Source: Candidatus Altimarinota bacterium (GTDB taxonomy: Bacteria > Patescibacteriota > Gracilibacteria > UBA1369). Taken from it: a stretch of DNA of 32,000 nt. The stretch spans positions 60,001 to 92,000 of the forward strand of contig JBAZYK010000006.1 of NCBI GenBank assembly GCA_041659405.1. The letters are read 5' to 3'. Below the pieces are notes generated by a model. That model searched no databases and had not been told where the DNA came from. It saw only the letters and a list, made by a program, of their open reading frames with translations. Below, piece after piece: positions 16,749-23,822 of the stretch (within the stretch, counting starts at the first letter, position 1; each line of letters starts with the position of its first letter). The position numbers and the translations under genes were made by a program.

Positions 16749-17252
16749 ATGAGAAAGCTTGTTGCAACAGCTTCTGTTCAAACCCAAAATAAACGTGTTT
16801 CCCCTGCTTCCACACGGAATGCAGCCGGCGCGCCAAGAACGGCTTCAAGAAACGCCATAGTAAGTGGAGCTTCCGGTTCCTCACCTTTTACCAATGCACC
16901 TTTAACCGCAAGCTCGGAAGAAGGCCAGTTGGCCCTGGACGTGTATCAAACTCCTACGGAAATTATAGTCATGGCGCCAATTGCCGGCGTAAAACTTTCC
17001 GATTTGAATGTAACAATGACCGAAGACGTACTGACTATTAAAGGAAATCGTTATCTCGAATTTGATATTCCCGAACAAGACTATTTAACCCAGGAATGTT
17101 TTTGGGGCGACTTCAGCCGATCAATCGTTCTACCGGCATCGGTCGATTCCACCAAAATCAACGCCAGCTTCAAAGACGGCGTCCTAAAAGTCTCAATCCC
17201 CAGAACCGAACCAACAAAAACGAAGATAATACGAATTAAAACCGACTTATAA
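16749..17252 (+). CDS. Small heat-shock protein (Hsp20/alpha-crystallin family)
   Basis: Alpha-crystallin domain: LALDVYQTPTEIIVMAPIAGVKLSDLNVTMTEDVLTIKGNR ... FSRSIVLP...ASFKDGVLKVSIPR. Confidence 0.88.
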   Translation: MRKLVATASVQTQNKRVSPASTRNAAGAPRTASRNAIVSGASGSSPFTNAPLTASSEEGQLALDVYQTPTEIIVMAPIAGVKLSDLNVTMTEDVLTIKGNRYLEFDIPEQDYLTQECFWGDFSRSIVLPASVDSTKINASFKDGVLKVSIPRTEPTKTKIIRIKTDL

Positions 17253-17282
17253 CGAATTATAAAAAAAATAATTATAAGCGTG

Positions 17283-17362
17283 TATTCGGATTGTAAGAAT
17301 ATTTCTGAACACATCCGGGGTAGGGGCCCTGTGTGTGAAGGAATATTGTTACAATCTGAATA
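17283..17362. repeat. Palindromic element E2: same family as E1, core inverted relative to E1
   Basis: 31-nt arms at 17283-17313 and 17332-17362, with 26 of 31 positions complementary. The core tccggggtaggggccctg (17314-17331) is the exact reverse complement of the E1 loop. Confidence 0.9.
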
Positions 17363-17366
17363 CCAC

Positions 17367-17425
17367 CTGAACACAATCCGGGGTAGGGGCCCTGTGTGCG
17401 AAGGGGTACTTCTATATTCTGAACA
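17367..17425. repeat. Half-element E3: core plus right arm, tandem to E2
   Basis: ctgaacaca-a-tccggggtaggggccctg (core 17377-17394), then a 31-nt arm (17395-17425) ending ctgaaca like the E1 and E2 arms. It ends 10 nt before the galU ATG. Confidence 0.85.
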
Positions 17426-17435
17426 CCCCCCTACT

Positions 17436-18302
17436 ATGAAGATTAGAAAAGCTGTTTTCCCCGCCGCCGGTTTCGGCACCCGTTTCCTCCCCGTCACCAA
17501 ATCGCAACCCAAAGAAATGTTGCCGATTGTGGATAAACCGGTCATCCAATATCTGGTTGAAGAAGCCGTTGCGTCCGGAATTGAAGAAATTATTATTGTC
17601 ACCGGCCGCGGTAAACGTTCCATTGAAGATCATTTTGATTATTCTTTCGAGCTTGAGCACACGCTGGTTGAAAAGGGCAAACACTCACTTTTAAAAGAAG
17701 TCCGTGCCATTTCCAAACTGGCCAAGTTTATCTATGTGCGCCAGCCTATGCCGCTTGGTGATGGCCACGCCATCCTTTGCGCCAAGGAAGTTGTTGGCAA
17801 TGAACCTTTCGCCGTTCTTTTTGGAGATGACATTGTGGATTACAAAGTTCCGGCCTTAAAACAGCTGATTGATGTTTATAATAAGACCGGCTGCAGCGTC
17901 CTTGGGCTCCAAGAAATCGACCCAAAAGAAAGTGAAAACTACGGCATGATCAAAGCAAAAAAAGGTTCAAGCCATGATCGTCTATGTGAAATTGAAAAGC
18001 TTGTTGAAAAACCAAGTCCGGAAAAAGCTCCTTCCAATCTTGGAATTATCGGAAAATATATAGTAACACCGGAAATCATTGAGGCTCTGGAAAAGGCCAA
18101 ACCAAGCCACGGAGGTGAAATAAGACTCATTGACGGGTTTTCCCAACTCCTCAAAAAACAAAAAATTTACGGCTACGAAATCATGGGAAAAAGATATGAC
18201 ACCGGCACCAAAATGGGGCTCATCACCGCCACCATCGATTTTGCCCTAAAGCGCAAAGACCTTGGCCCGGAACTTAGAAAATACCTAAAAAGCCTAGAGT
18301 AA
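17436..18302 (+). CDS. galU: UTP-glucose-1-phosphate uridylyltransferase
   Basis: MKIRKAVFPAAGFGTRFLPVTKSQPKEMLPIVDKPVIQY, VEKP and other GalU blocks. Start moved to ATG 17436 because the track's longer ORF translates the E2/E3 repeats. Confidence 0.9.
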   Translation: MKIRKAVFPAAGFGTRFLPVTKSQPKEMLPIVDKPVIQYLVEEAVASGIEEIIIVTGRGKRSIEDHFDYSFELEHTLVEKGKHSLLKEVRAISKLAKFIYVRQPMPLGDGHAILCAKEVVGNEPFAVLFGDDIVDYKVPALKQLIDVYNKTGCSVLGLQEIDPKESENYGMIKAKKGSSHDRLCEIEKLVEKPSPEKAPSNLGIIGKYIVTPEIIEALEKAKPSHGGEIRLIDGFSQLLKKQKIYGYEIMGKRYDTGTKMGLITATIDFALKRKDLGPELRKYLKSLE

Positions 18303-18343
18303 AAACCTCTAAAGCTGCAAAATCAGCCCAAAACCGGCAAAAT

Positions 18344-18382
18344 AAACGCCTTAAACTTCGTGGTTGAGTTTTTAGGCGTTTT
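18344..18382 (+). terminator. Rho-independent terminator candidate after galU
   Basis: AAACGCCT (18344-18351) pairs with AGGCGTTT (18374-18381), with an imperfect inner extension, and is followed by a T run. Confidence 0.5.
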
Positions 18383-18392
18383 CAGCTATAAT
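18364..18392 (+). promoter_or_regulatory. Candidate promoter of the TPR gene, overlapping the galU terminator
   Basis: TTGAGT (18364-18369), a 17-nt spacer, then TATAAT (18387-18392), 31 nt upstream of ATG 18423. Confidence 0.5.
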
Positions 18393-18422
18393 GTTCGGAT
18401 AACAAAAATAAAAACAAACAAT

Positions 18423-19031
18423 ATGATGAAGGAACAAACCCCGCTTAATCCTTTGTTGGAGGAGGCCGAACAAAAAAAGTTAAAGGGTGAACATTTGGAA
18501 GCCATCAAGGTTTGTGAAAAAATCCTGATCAATGATTTGGATTGCATTGAAGCCTACGAAGAAATTGGCGACAACTATTTAAGTCTGCGCCAGTACGACA
18601 AGGCCAAGAAAGCCCTTGCCAGAGCCATTCATCTTGATGCCCGCAGTGCCAACGCCAATTATCTTTCGGGCTTTGTTTTTTCCGCGATCGGCAACTTTAA
18701 AAAATCAATTGAATACCTTGAACGTGCCGATGAAATCCAACCAAATCATCCGGAAATTTTACGTTGTCTGGGTTGGTCAATTTTTCATGATGGCCAACGC
18801 AAACGCGGCGTGATCCTTTTGGAAAGAGCTTTGAATTTAAAGAAAGATGATCCATTAATTTTAAGCGATTTGGGAATTTGCTATTTAAATGACAAGAATT
18901 TTGACCGTTCATCTGTGCTTTTCAAACGCGTGCTGGAAATCGAACCACAAAACGAAAAAGCCCGCGAATGCCTAAACGCCGTCAGATTCTTCCAAAAAGA
19001 ATTCAAAAAGTTCCGACAGGAGAATAGCTAA
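18423..19031 (+). CDS. Tetratricopeptide-repeat (TPR) protein
   Basis: Repeated 34-aa A/Y/L pattern (AYEEIGDNYLSLRQYDKAKKALARAIHLD; ANYLSGFVFSAIGNFKKSIEYLERADEIQPN, and so on). Start set at ATG 18423. Confidence 0.75.
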   Translation: MMKEQTPLNPLLEEAEQKKLKGEHLEAIKVCEKILINDLDCIEAYEEIGDNYLSLRQYDKAKKALARAIHLDARSANANYLSGFVFSAIGNFKKSIEYLERADEIQPNHPEILRCLGWSIFHDGQRKRGVILLERALNLKKDDPLILSDLGICYLNDKNFDRSSVLFKRVLEIEPQNEKARECLNAVRFFQKEFKKFRQENS

Positions 19032-19058
19032 ACTCACTCCGCTCGCGATAACAGGATT

Positions 19059-19316
19059 TCACAATCCTTCATAAATATCCTTACGATGCCTGGCATAAAT
19101 AAGGATAATTTTTTGCTTTTCCAGTTTAAAAACCAGGCGATAATCACCAATTCTAAATCTAAAAACATCTTTATATCCCTTGAGTTTTTTGGCAAACAAC
19201 AAAGGGTTTTCAGTCTTTATCAAAAAACTCAGTTTTTCTTTTATTCTCGGCTGAAGACTTTTCTCCAGTTTATTAAAATCATCAACAAAATCTTTAGTGG
19301 TGATAAATTCGTACAT
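19059..19316 (-). CDS. RelE/ParE-family type II toxin
   Basis: 85 aa: MYEFITTKDFVDDFNKL...KLKGYKDVFRFRIGDYRLVFKLEKQKIILIYARHRKDIY, the typical RelE/StbE pattern. It starts 4 nt after the antitoxin stop. Confidence 0.85.
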   Translation of the reverse strand: MYEFITTKDFVDDFNKLEKSLQPRIKEKLSFLIKTENPLLFAKKLKGYKDVFRFRIGDYRLVFKLEKQKIILIYARHRKDIYEGL

Positions 19317-19319
19317 CAA

Positions 19320-19580
19320 TTACAAAATAGATTCTAAAGGGAATTTTTTGGCCTTCTTAAGCTTTTTCAAGCTTGCATCCAGCTCTGTTTTAAACTCATT
19401 TTTTAACGGCAGATTTTCTTCGATTAAATCTTCAAACTCCTGTTTACTCAAAAAAATACCAATCTCCTTGCCATTTTTAACAATACGAACAATTTTGGCA
19501 TCAAGAGCTTTAGCCGGATTTTTTTGCAATTCCGAAAGCGAAACAATCTTTTCTTTGCTTAATACGGACGAGGTGGTCAT
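19320..19580 (-). CDS. Phd/YefM-type antitoxin
   Basis: 86 aa from ATG 19580: MTTSSVLSKEKIVSLSELQKNPAKALDAKIVRIVKNGKEIGIFLSKQEFEDLIE. It lies immediately upstream of the toxin. The track's longer ORF has no support. Confidence 0.8.
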   Translation of the reverse strand: MTTSSVLSKEKIVSLSELQKNPAKALDAKIVRIVKNGKEIGIFLSKQEFEDLIEENLPLKNEFKTELDASLKKLKKAKKFPLESIL

Positions 19581-19608
19581 ATAAAGTTTATAGTTAAATA
19601 CTACTATA

Positions 19609-19637
19609 AGTTTATCGTAGAATTCCCAATTAGTCAA
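19609..19637 (-). promoter_or_regulatory. Candidate promoter and operator of the toxin-antitoxin operon
   Basis: On the minus strand, TTGACT (19637-19632), a 17-nt spacer, then TAAACT (19614-19609). Downstream lie the palindrome TATAG-N10-CTATA and a duplicated AAGTTTAT (19584-19616). Confidence 0.45.
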
Positions 19638-19679
19638 CGGATAGGGCGCAAGATTCACGGGCAAATAAGTCATTATTAT

Positions 19680-19707
19680 TTGACATGTGGAAATATTTTC
19701 ATAAAAT
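19680..19707 (+). promoter_or_regulatory. Candidate promoter of the 100-aa ORF
   Basis: TTGACA (19680-19685), a 16-nt spacer, then TAAAAT (19702-19707), 21 nt upstream of ATG 19729. Confidence 0.45.
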
Positions 19708-19728
19708 GGAACCACATTATTCAAAATT

Positions 19729-20031
19729 ATGGCATTTTCACAAGAAACAATCACAGCCCTTGGTCGCGAATATGACGACGCACTAAAAGTTGTTACTGAG
19801 GTCAAACAACAAAGACGAGTACTCAAATTAGCTGGTTTACCGGGAAAAATCGATAGTGGCCCACTCACAGTTATAAGAGCTACATTAGACAGCCTCACTA
19901 AAGCTTTAGAAGGAATTAATGATCCTAATCAAGATGGCCCCAACCTTGTTGTAGCAAGATTGAGAAAAAAAGTAGGAACCTTGCAACGTTGTTTACTAGA
20001 GTTAGACCCAGTACAAAAAGAGGAAGCCTAA
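19729..20031 (+). CDS. Hypothetical 100-aa, probably helical protein
   Basis: ATG ORF with a consensus-like promoter. No family recognised. Confidence 0.45.
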   Translation: MAFSQETITALGREYDDALKVVTEVKQQRRVLKLAGLPGKIDSGPLTVIRATLDSLTKALEGINDPNQDGPNLVVARLRKKVGTLQRCLLELDPVQKEEA

Positions 20032-20063
20032 TAGAATCCATCCCGCGCAGTCAGCTCAAGCCC

Positions 20064-20091
20064 TTGCCAAATTTCAAATTCCGTATACAAT
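20064..20091 (+). promoter_or_regulatory. Candidate promoter of the RNase P RNA
   Basis: TTGCCA (20064-20069), a 16-nt spacer, then TACAAT (20086-20091). The predicted start falls at about 20098, where the P1 strand begins. Confidence 0.5.
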
Positions 20092-20097
20092 TAACAA

Positions 20098-20712
20098 GCT
20101 CTACCAGTGAATGATCGCTGCAGCTTTCTTTTCTAAAAAAAAGCATGAACGAAAAAGCTTGAAGCAAAGCGTGAATTATTTTGGGATTGGGTCTCGTGGG
20201 TCCCAATCCCAAAATAATTCCGCTACCGCGAAAAGCTTTTAAGTGAATACAATATAGGGAAAGAGAGCACCACGAGAGAAAACCGTCAGGTTGTCTCTCG
20301 TGAACTGCAGAGGAAAGTCCGAGCACCATGGAACAGGATGGCTTCTAACGGAAGCGGCTCAGCATGAAAGTGTTGAGTACGGAAAGTACCACAGAGACTA
20401 TGAAAGCTGCGCGCAAGCGTAGCCAAAGGTGAAAAGCCCAGTCGTAAAGCGTAAAATTCCAGGCCGCGGCGCAAGCCAATAAGCCAGAATGTAACGCCAG
20501 ACAGGGCGCCCCTCGGTGACGAGGAGACGTGGCAAACCCTATCCGGTGCAAGGTGGGATGGAAGAAAAAGATCAAGTTTTGTTCCAAAACCTTTTTCTGC
20601 CCACCGCACGATTTCATAGGCAACTATGAAACAAGAGAGATGATCATACTTTGTTTATGCGCCGCAAGGTGCATCAACAGAGAACAAAACTCGGCTTATG
20701 ATCTGGTAGAGC
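20098..20712 (+). ncRNA. rnpB: RNase P RNA (bacterial, type A-like specificity domain), unusually long
   Basis: GAGGAAAGTCCGAGC (20310-20324, CR-I) and ACAGAGAACAAAACTCGGCTTAT (20678-20699, CR-V). Also CGCGCAAGCG, AAGGTGAAAAG, CGTAAAGCG and GGCAAACCCTATCCGGTGCAAGG blocks. The 10-bp terminal helix pairs GCTCTACCAG (20098-20107) with CTGGTAGAGC (20703-20712). Ends are approximate. Confidence 0.85.
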
Positions 20713-20848
20713 AATATTGAAAACCAAAAATTATCGCAAAATCCATCCCCATCCGCTATACTTGCGAAGGTTTTTGAATTGCGCGACTTTGCTGCACGAC
20801 CATGCCCGCAACTTTCTCGCAAACTCCCACGCACCCTCACACCCGCAC

Positions 20849-22291
20849 ATGAAACGTTCCGAAATCGCTTTTGGCTTACTGCGCATCCCCATCGACTTTT
20901 TGATGACCCTCTTCGCCTTTTTGTTGGCGTATCGCATCAGAGCGATTGTGGATTTAATTCCCGGAATTCATCTTCCTTTAGACCTGGAATCGTTTCCGTC
21001 ACTCGACCAATACGTCCAATTCAGCATCACCGGCGCGCTGGCACTTGTGGCGCTTTTTGCCTTAAACAAAATGTATTCGCTCAAATCCACCACCGGCAAA
21101 GGCCGCGAACTCGGGCAAGTCATCATCACCACAATTATCTGGTTAATGCTGATTATTGCCTACTTTTTTCTGACCAGAACCTTTCCATTTTCACGCCTTG
21201 CCTTAATTTACACCTGGGTTTTAACAATCCTGCTTATTTCCGTTGGAAGGCTATTTATCCGCATGCTGCAGCACTTTATTCTACTCGCCGGAATCGGCAA
21301 AAAAAGAATTGTTTTTGTGGGCGATAACGAAATCAGCCAAAAACTTTATAAAATGCTCAAAAAAGACAGCAGTTATGTCTGTTTGGGTGTGATTGATGAG
21401 CACGAAAATCCCAAATACGAACTCCCCTCTTTGGGATCGCTTAAAGATCTGGCGCAAATCGTCAAAAATCATGAAGTTGAAGAAATCATTCAAACCAAAT
21501 CCGACCTTAAAAAAGAAGAAGCCACCCAGTTGTTGGAATTCTGCCGCGAAAATCACTTAAGTTTTAGTTTTGTGCCGAGTTTGCTGGAGGTTCAGCAGAC
21601 CAATGTGGAAACCATTGCGATGGCCGGAATCCCTGTAATTAAGCTTAAACCGACTGCGCTTGATGGCTGGAGCAAAATCATTAAAAGAATTTTTGATATT
21701 TTTGGAGGAATTATTGGTCTGATTATTTTTTCTCCGATTTTTTTGGTAATTGCGATTGCGATTAAACTTGATTCCAAAGGCACAATTTTCTTTAAATTTT
21801 TGGATGATGGATCCCGCGTAAAGCGCGTTGGTGAACACGGCCGGCTTTTCTATTTTTACAAATTCCGCACGATGCACCCAAAAACGCACAACCTGCGCTA
21901 CACCGAACTGGCCAAGCAAAACACGCGCAGTGATTCCCCGCTTGTGAAGATTAAAAACGATCCACGAGTGACTAAAGTCGGCAAGTTCCTGCGCAAAACC
22001 AGCCTGGACGAACTTCCACAACTCCTCAATGTTTTAAAAGGTGAAATGAGTTTGGTTGGCCCCCGCCCGCATTTGCCGGAAGAGGTCGCCAAATACCAAA
22101 AACGCCACCGGTTTGTGCTGACAATTAAGCCCGGAATTACCGGTCTGGCCCAAATCAGCGGCCGCAGCGACCTGAATTTCGAAGAAGAAATCCGCCTGGA
22201 CACTTTCTACATTGAACACTGGTCTTTATGGCTTGATATAAAGATAATCCTAAAAACTTTCCTGATTCCGTTTAAGCGATATGAGGAATAG
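20849..22291 (+). CDS. Polyprenyl-phosphate sugar phosphotransferase (WbaP/EPS-type, Bac_transf domain)
   Basis: Four to five N-terminal TM helices, a central linker, and the C-terminal domain [14 protein letters not shown]...KFRTM...[37 protein letters not shown]. Start set at ATG 20849 ([11 protein letters not shown]). Confidence 0.88.
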   Translation: MKRSEIAFGLLRIPIDFLMTLFAFLLAYRIRAIVDLIPGIHLPLDLESFPSLDQYVQFSITGALALVALFALNKMYSLKSTTGKGRELGQVIITTIIWLMLIIAYFFLTRTFPFSRLALIYTWVLTILLISVGRLFIRMLQHFILLAGIGKKRIVFVGDNEISQKLYKMLKKDSSYVCLGVIDEHENPKYELPSLGSLKDLAQIVKNHEVEEIIQTKSDLKKEEATQLLEFCRENHLSFSFVPSLLEVQQTNVETIAMAGIPVIKLKPTALDGWSKIIKRIFDIFGGIIGLIIFSPIFLVIAIAIKLDSKGTIFFKFLDDGSRVKRVGEHGRLFYFYKFRTMHPKTHNLRYTELAKQNTRSDSPLVKIKNDPRVTKVGKFLRKTSLDELPQLLNVLKGEMSLVGPRPHLPEEVAKYQKRHRFVLTIKPGITGLAQISGRSDLNFEEEIRLDTFYIEHWSLWLDIKIILKTFLIPFKRYEE

Positions 22292-22292
22292 T

Positions 22293-22314
22293 GGAGCTAA
22301 ATGAAAACAGCTCC
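22293..22314. terminator. Hairpin between convergent genes
   Basis: GGAGCT (22293-22298), a 10-nt loop, then AGCTCC (22309-22314). No clear U-tract. Confidence 0.3.
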
Positions 22315-22320
22315 TCCCAA

Positions 22321-23415
22321 CTACTTTCTAAGATAATTAATCACGCCTTCAGCTTTTGCGGTTAATTCGTATTTACCACCCGGTAATTTTTCGAGCAAAT
22401 CTTCTTCAATTAAGAAACTAATCTGCTCGGCAGCCCCCTTAAAACTACTAATCAATCCACTTATATCACCGGTCCCCGTCCTATAAGTTACCATCAAAAC
22501 AATCACAGCCTGTGGCCGAGCCCTTAAACTGGCAATAAGCTCCAGTTTAACCAGTATTTCCCTTAACCTGGAAATTGCGATTGCCTGTTTTAATTCCAAA
22601 ACAAGTTTTGAATCTGTAAGATTTAGAGTTGTGGCTTTTGAAAGTATTGCCTCTGATAATTCGGCTCTCTCCCCGGATTCGGCAATCTTGGTTTGAACTT
22701 CGGCACAAATTGTTTCTGGTCCTGGAGCTTGTGTTGAACAATAATCGGGATAAGCATGCGTTTTCCTGTCCCTGGGATCAGCCACGGGCACTTTAGCTGT
22801 AACATCAACTGCAAAGATCACTTCGATTTCTTCTTTAAACGTTCTGTCAGCCAAACCACGCACAAAGGCAATCTCTTTAACAATTAGTTCTAAAGCACGA
22901 TCATATATTTCCTTTTCAGCAGGAGACAATTGTCTAATATTTCTTCTGGAAGATAGATCACGGAAAACCTCAGCCAAATCATAAATGTTTCCGGTTGCAA
23001 GTTTAATCTTTAAATTTTTAAAATGCCTATACCAGTCTGCCCCACTGATAGATAATTTAGCGGGTTGTTCATGAAATATCTTAAAAACTTCACGAACTTC
23101 TGCCTCGCCAATCAACGGACGAAGACCTAAAGTTCGTGCCGTTTCAACAGGAACTATTATCTTATGATTGGTTCGATTGAGAGTTGAAAGTGGAGTCGCA
23201 ACAACCCCGAGTACGTAACATTTCTGCCGATTTCCAGCCATGTCATTTTCTTCTATCGCAATCACCTCCACAACACCCTGCCCGGGATAAACAACTTTAT
23301 CACCAACTTTAAAATCGCCTTCAGGCGCAGAAAGAGTATCGGCAACAACCGGAGCAACAGGGCTTGCAAACGGCACTGCCGGGTCTAGATCATCATGTAT
23401 TCCTTCTGCAGCCAT
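22321..23415 (-). CDS. CarD/CdnL-family RNA-polymerase-binding protein with N- and C-terminal extensions
   Basis: Residues about 38-200 match the CarD_CdnL_TRCF pattern (FKVGDKVVYPGQGVVEVIAIEE...YVL...VPV...LGLRPLI...EVFRDL). About 160 additional C-terminal residues end in a winged-helix-like ...LLEKLPGGKYELTAKAEGVINYL. Confidence 0.8.
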   Translation of the reverse strand: MAAEGIHDDLDPAVPFASPVAPVVADTLSAPEGDFKVGDKVVYPGQGVVEVIAIEENDMAGNRQKCYVLGVVATPLSTLNRTNHKIIVPVETARTLGLRPLIGEAEVREVFKIFHEQPAKLSISGADWYRHFKNLKIKLATGNIYDLAEVFRDLSSRRNIRQLSPAEKEIYDRALELIVKEIAFVRGLADRTFKEEIEVIFAVDVTAKVPVADPRDRKTHAYPDYCSTQAPGPETICAEVQTKIAESGERAELSEAILSKATTLNLTDSKLVLELKQAIAISRLREILVKLELIASLRARPQAVIVLMVTYRTGTGDISGLISSFKGAAEQISFLIEEDLLEKLPGGKYELTAKAEGVINYLRK

Positions 23416-23435
23416 AGTAATAAAAAATCAAGTGC

Positions 23436-23600
23436 CTACGCCGCACGATTAAACAATCCCATTTTTTCCATTTCTGCTAACCTTTTAGCTTGCATACCGG
23501 CAATTTTTTTATCATCGCATGGTACTGCAATAGTTTCACTTAGATCTGCTGTTACAACAACTGATTCACCTTCACCTGGTCCGTCTTTTAATTGTGCCAT
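23436..23600 (-). CDS. Possible 54-aa small protein upstream of the CarD-like gene
   Basis: Minus-strand ATG at 23600 to TAG at 23438-23436: MAQLKDGPGEGESVVVTADLSETIAVPCDDKKIAGMQAKRLAEMEKMGLFNRAA. It is below the ORF-track length cutoff, 20 nt upstream of and co-oriented with the CarD-like gene. No homology recognised. Confidence 0.3.
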   Translation of the reverse strand: MAQLKDGPGEGESVVVTADLSETIAVPCDDKKIAGMQAKRLAEMEKMGLFNRAA

Positions 23601-23822
23601 AAAAATTAAATTAAAATATAGAAAATTTAATACAAGGGTATATTCTATCTAATCCCGTGATTTTGTCAATGTTTCCGCCGGAAAATCAACGCAAAAACAT
23701 GGATGAACAGGTACTTTCAACAACACTACTTGAATTAGCCATTGCCCATTTACTTTAAGCCAAAAATCTTTTAGACTCTTAAACGCGCTTTTAGCATAAA
23801 ACTAATCATTAATTGAACTCCC

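Noticed and set aside
17307-17398. Two direct copies of a 29-30-nt sequence (gaacaca[a]tccggggtaggggccctgtgtg) separated by 33 nt. This geometry resembles a two-repeat mini-CRISPR.
   Set aside because: The 'spacer' is made of arm sequence homologous to the arms of E1 and E2. A third copy lies inverted 600 bp away, and no cas genes or further repeats are present. It is better explained as tandem palindromic elements.
17280-17435. N-terminal extension of galU containing a duplicated peptide, IRGRGPVCEG.
   Set aside because: The duplication is simply the E2/E3 repeat cores read in frame. The GalU family N-terminus (MKIRKAVFPAAGFGTRF) starts at 17436.
17081-17623. 180-aa minus-strand ORF spanning the hsp20 end, the repeats and the galU start.
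   Set aside because: It overlaps two well-supported plus-strand genes and the repeat elements, with no recognisable domain.
19581-19898. Long upstream extension of the antitoxin ORF (192 aa).
   Set aside because: The antitoxin-like sequence begins at Met107 (ATG 19580), directly downstream of a good promoter. The extension overlaps the divergent promoter and the 100-aa ORF.
20051-20623. Three minus-strand ORFs (92, 107 and 92 aa) in the ORF track.
   Set aside because: They lie antisense within the RNase P RNA gene, whose conserved blocks and terminal helix explain the region. Their compositions look like random translation.
20713-20848. Alternative TTG start (20717) for the sugar transferase, and a C-rich 130-nt leader with repeated CGCAA motifs. 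The leader was considered as a possible riboswitch or leader peptide.
   Set aside because: The extension would begin inside or immediately after rnpB and has no membrane-protein character. I could not recognise any known riboswitch consensus or a convincing structure, so it is left unannotated.
23395-23652. 85-aa plus-strand ORF overlapping the CarD-like start.
   Set aside because: It overlaps the start of a supported gene and has an implausible composition. The opposite-strand 54-aa ORF is the better, though still weak, candidate.
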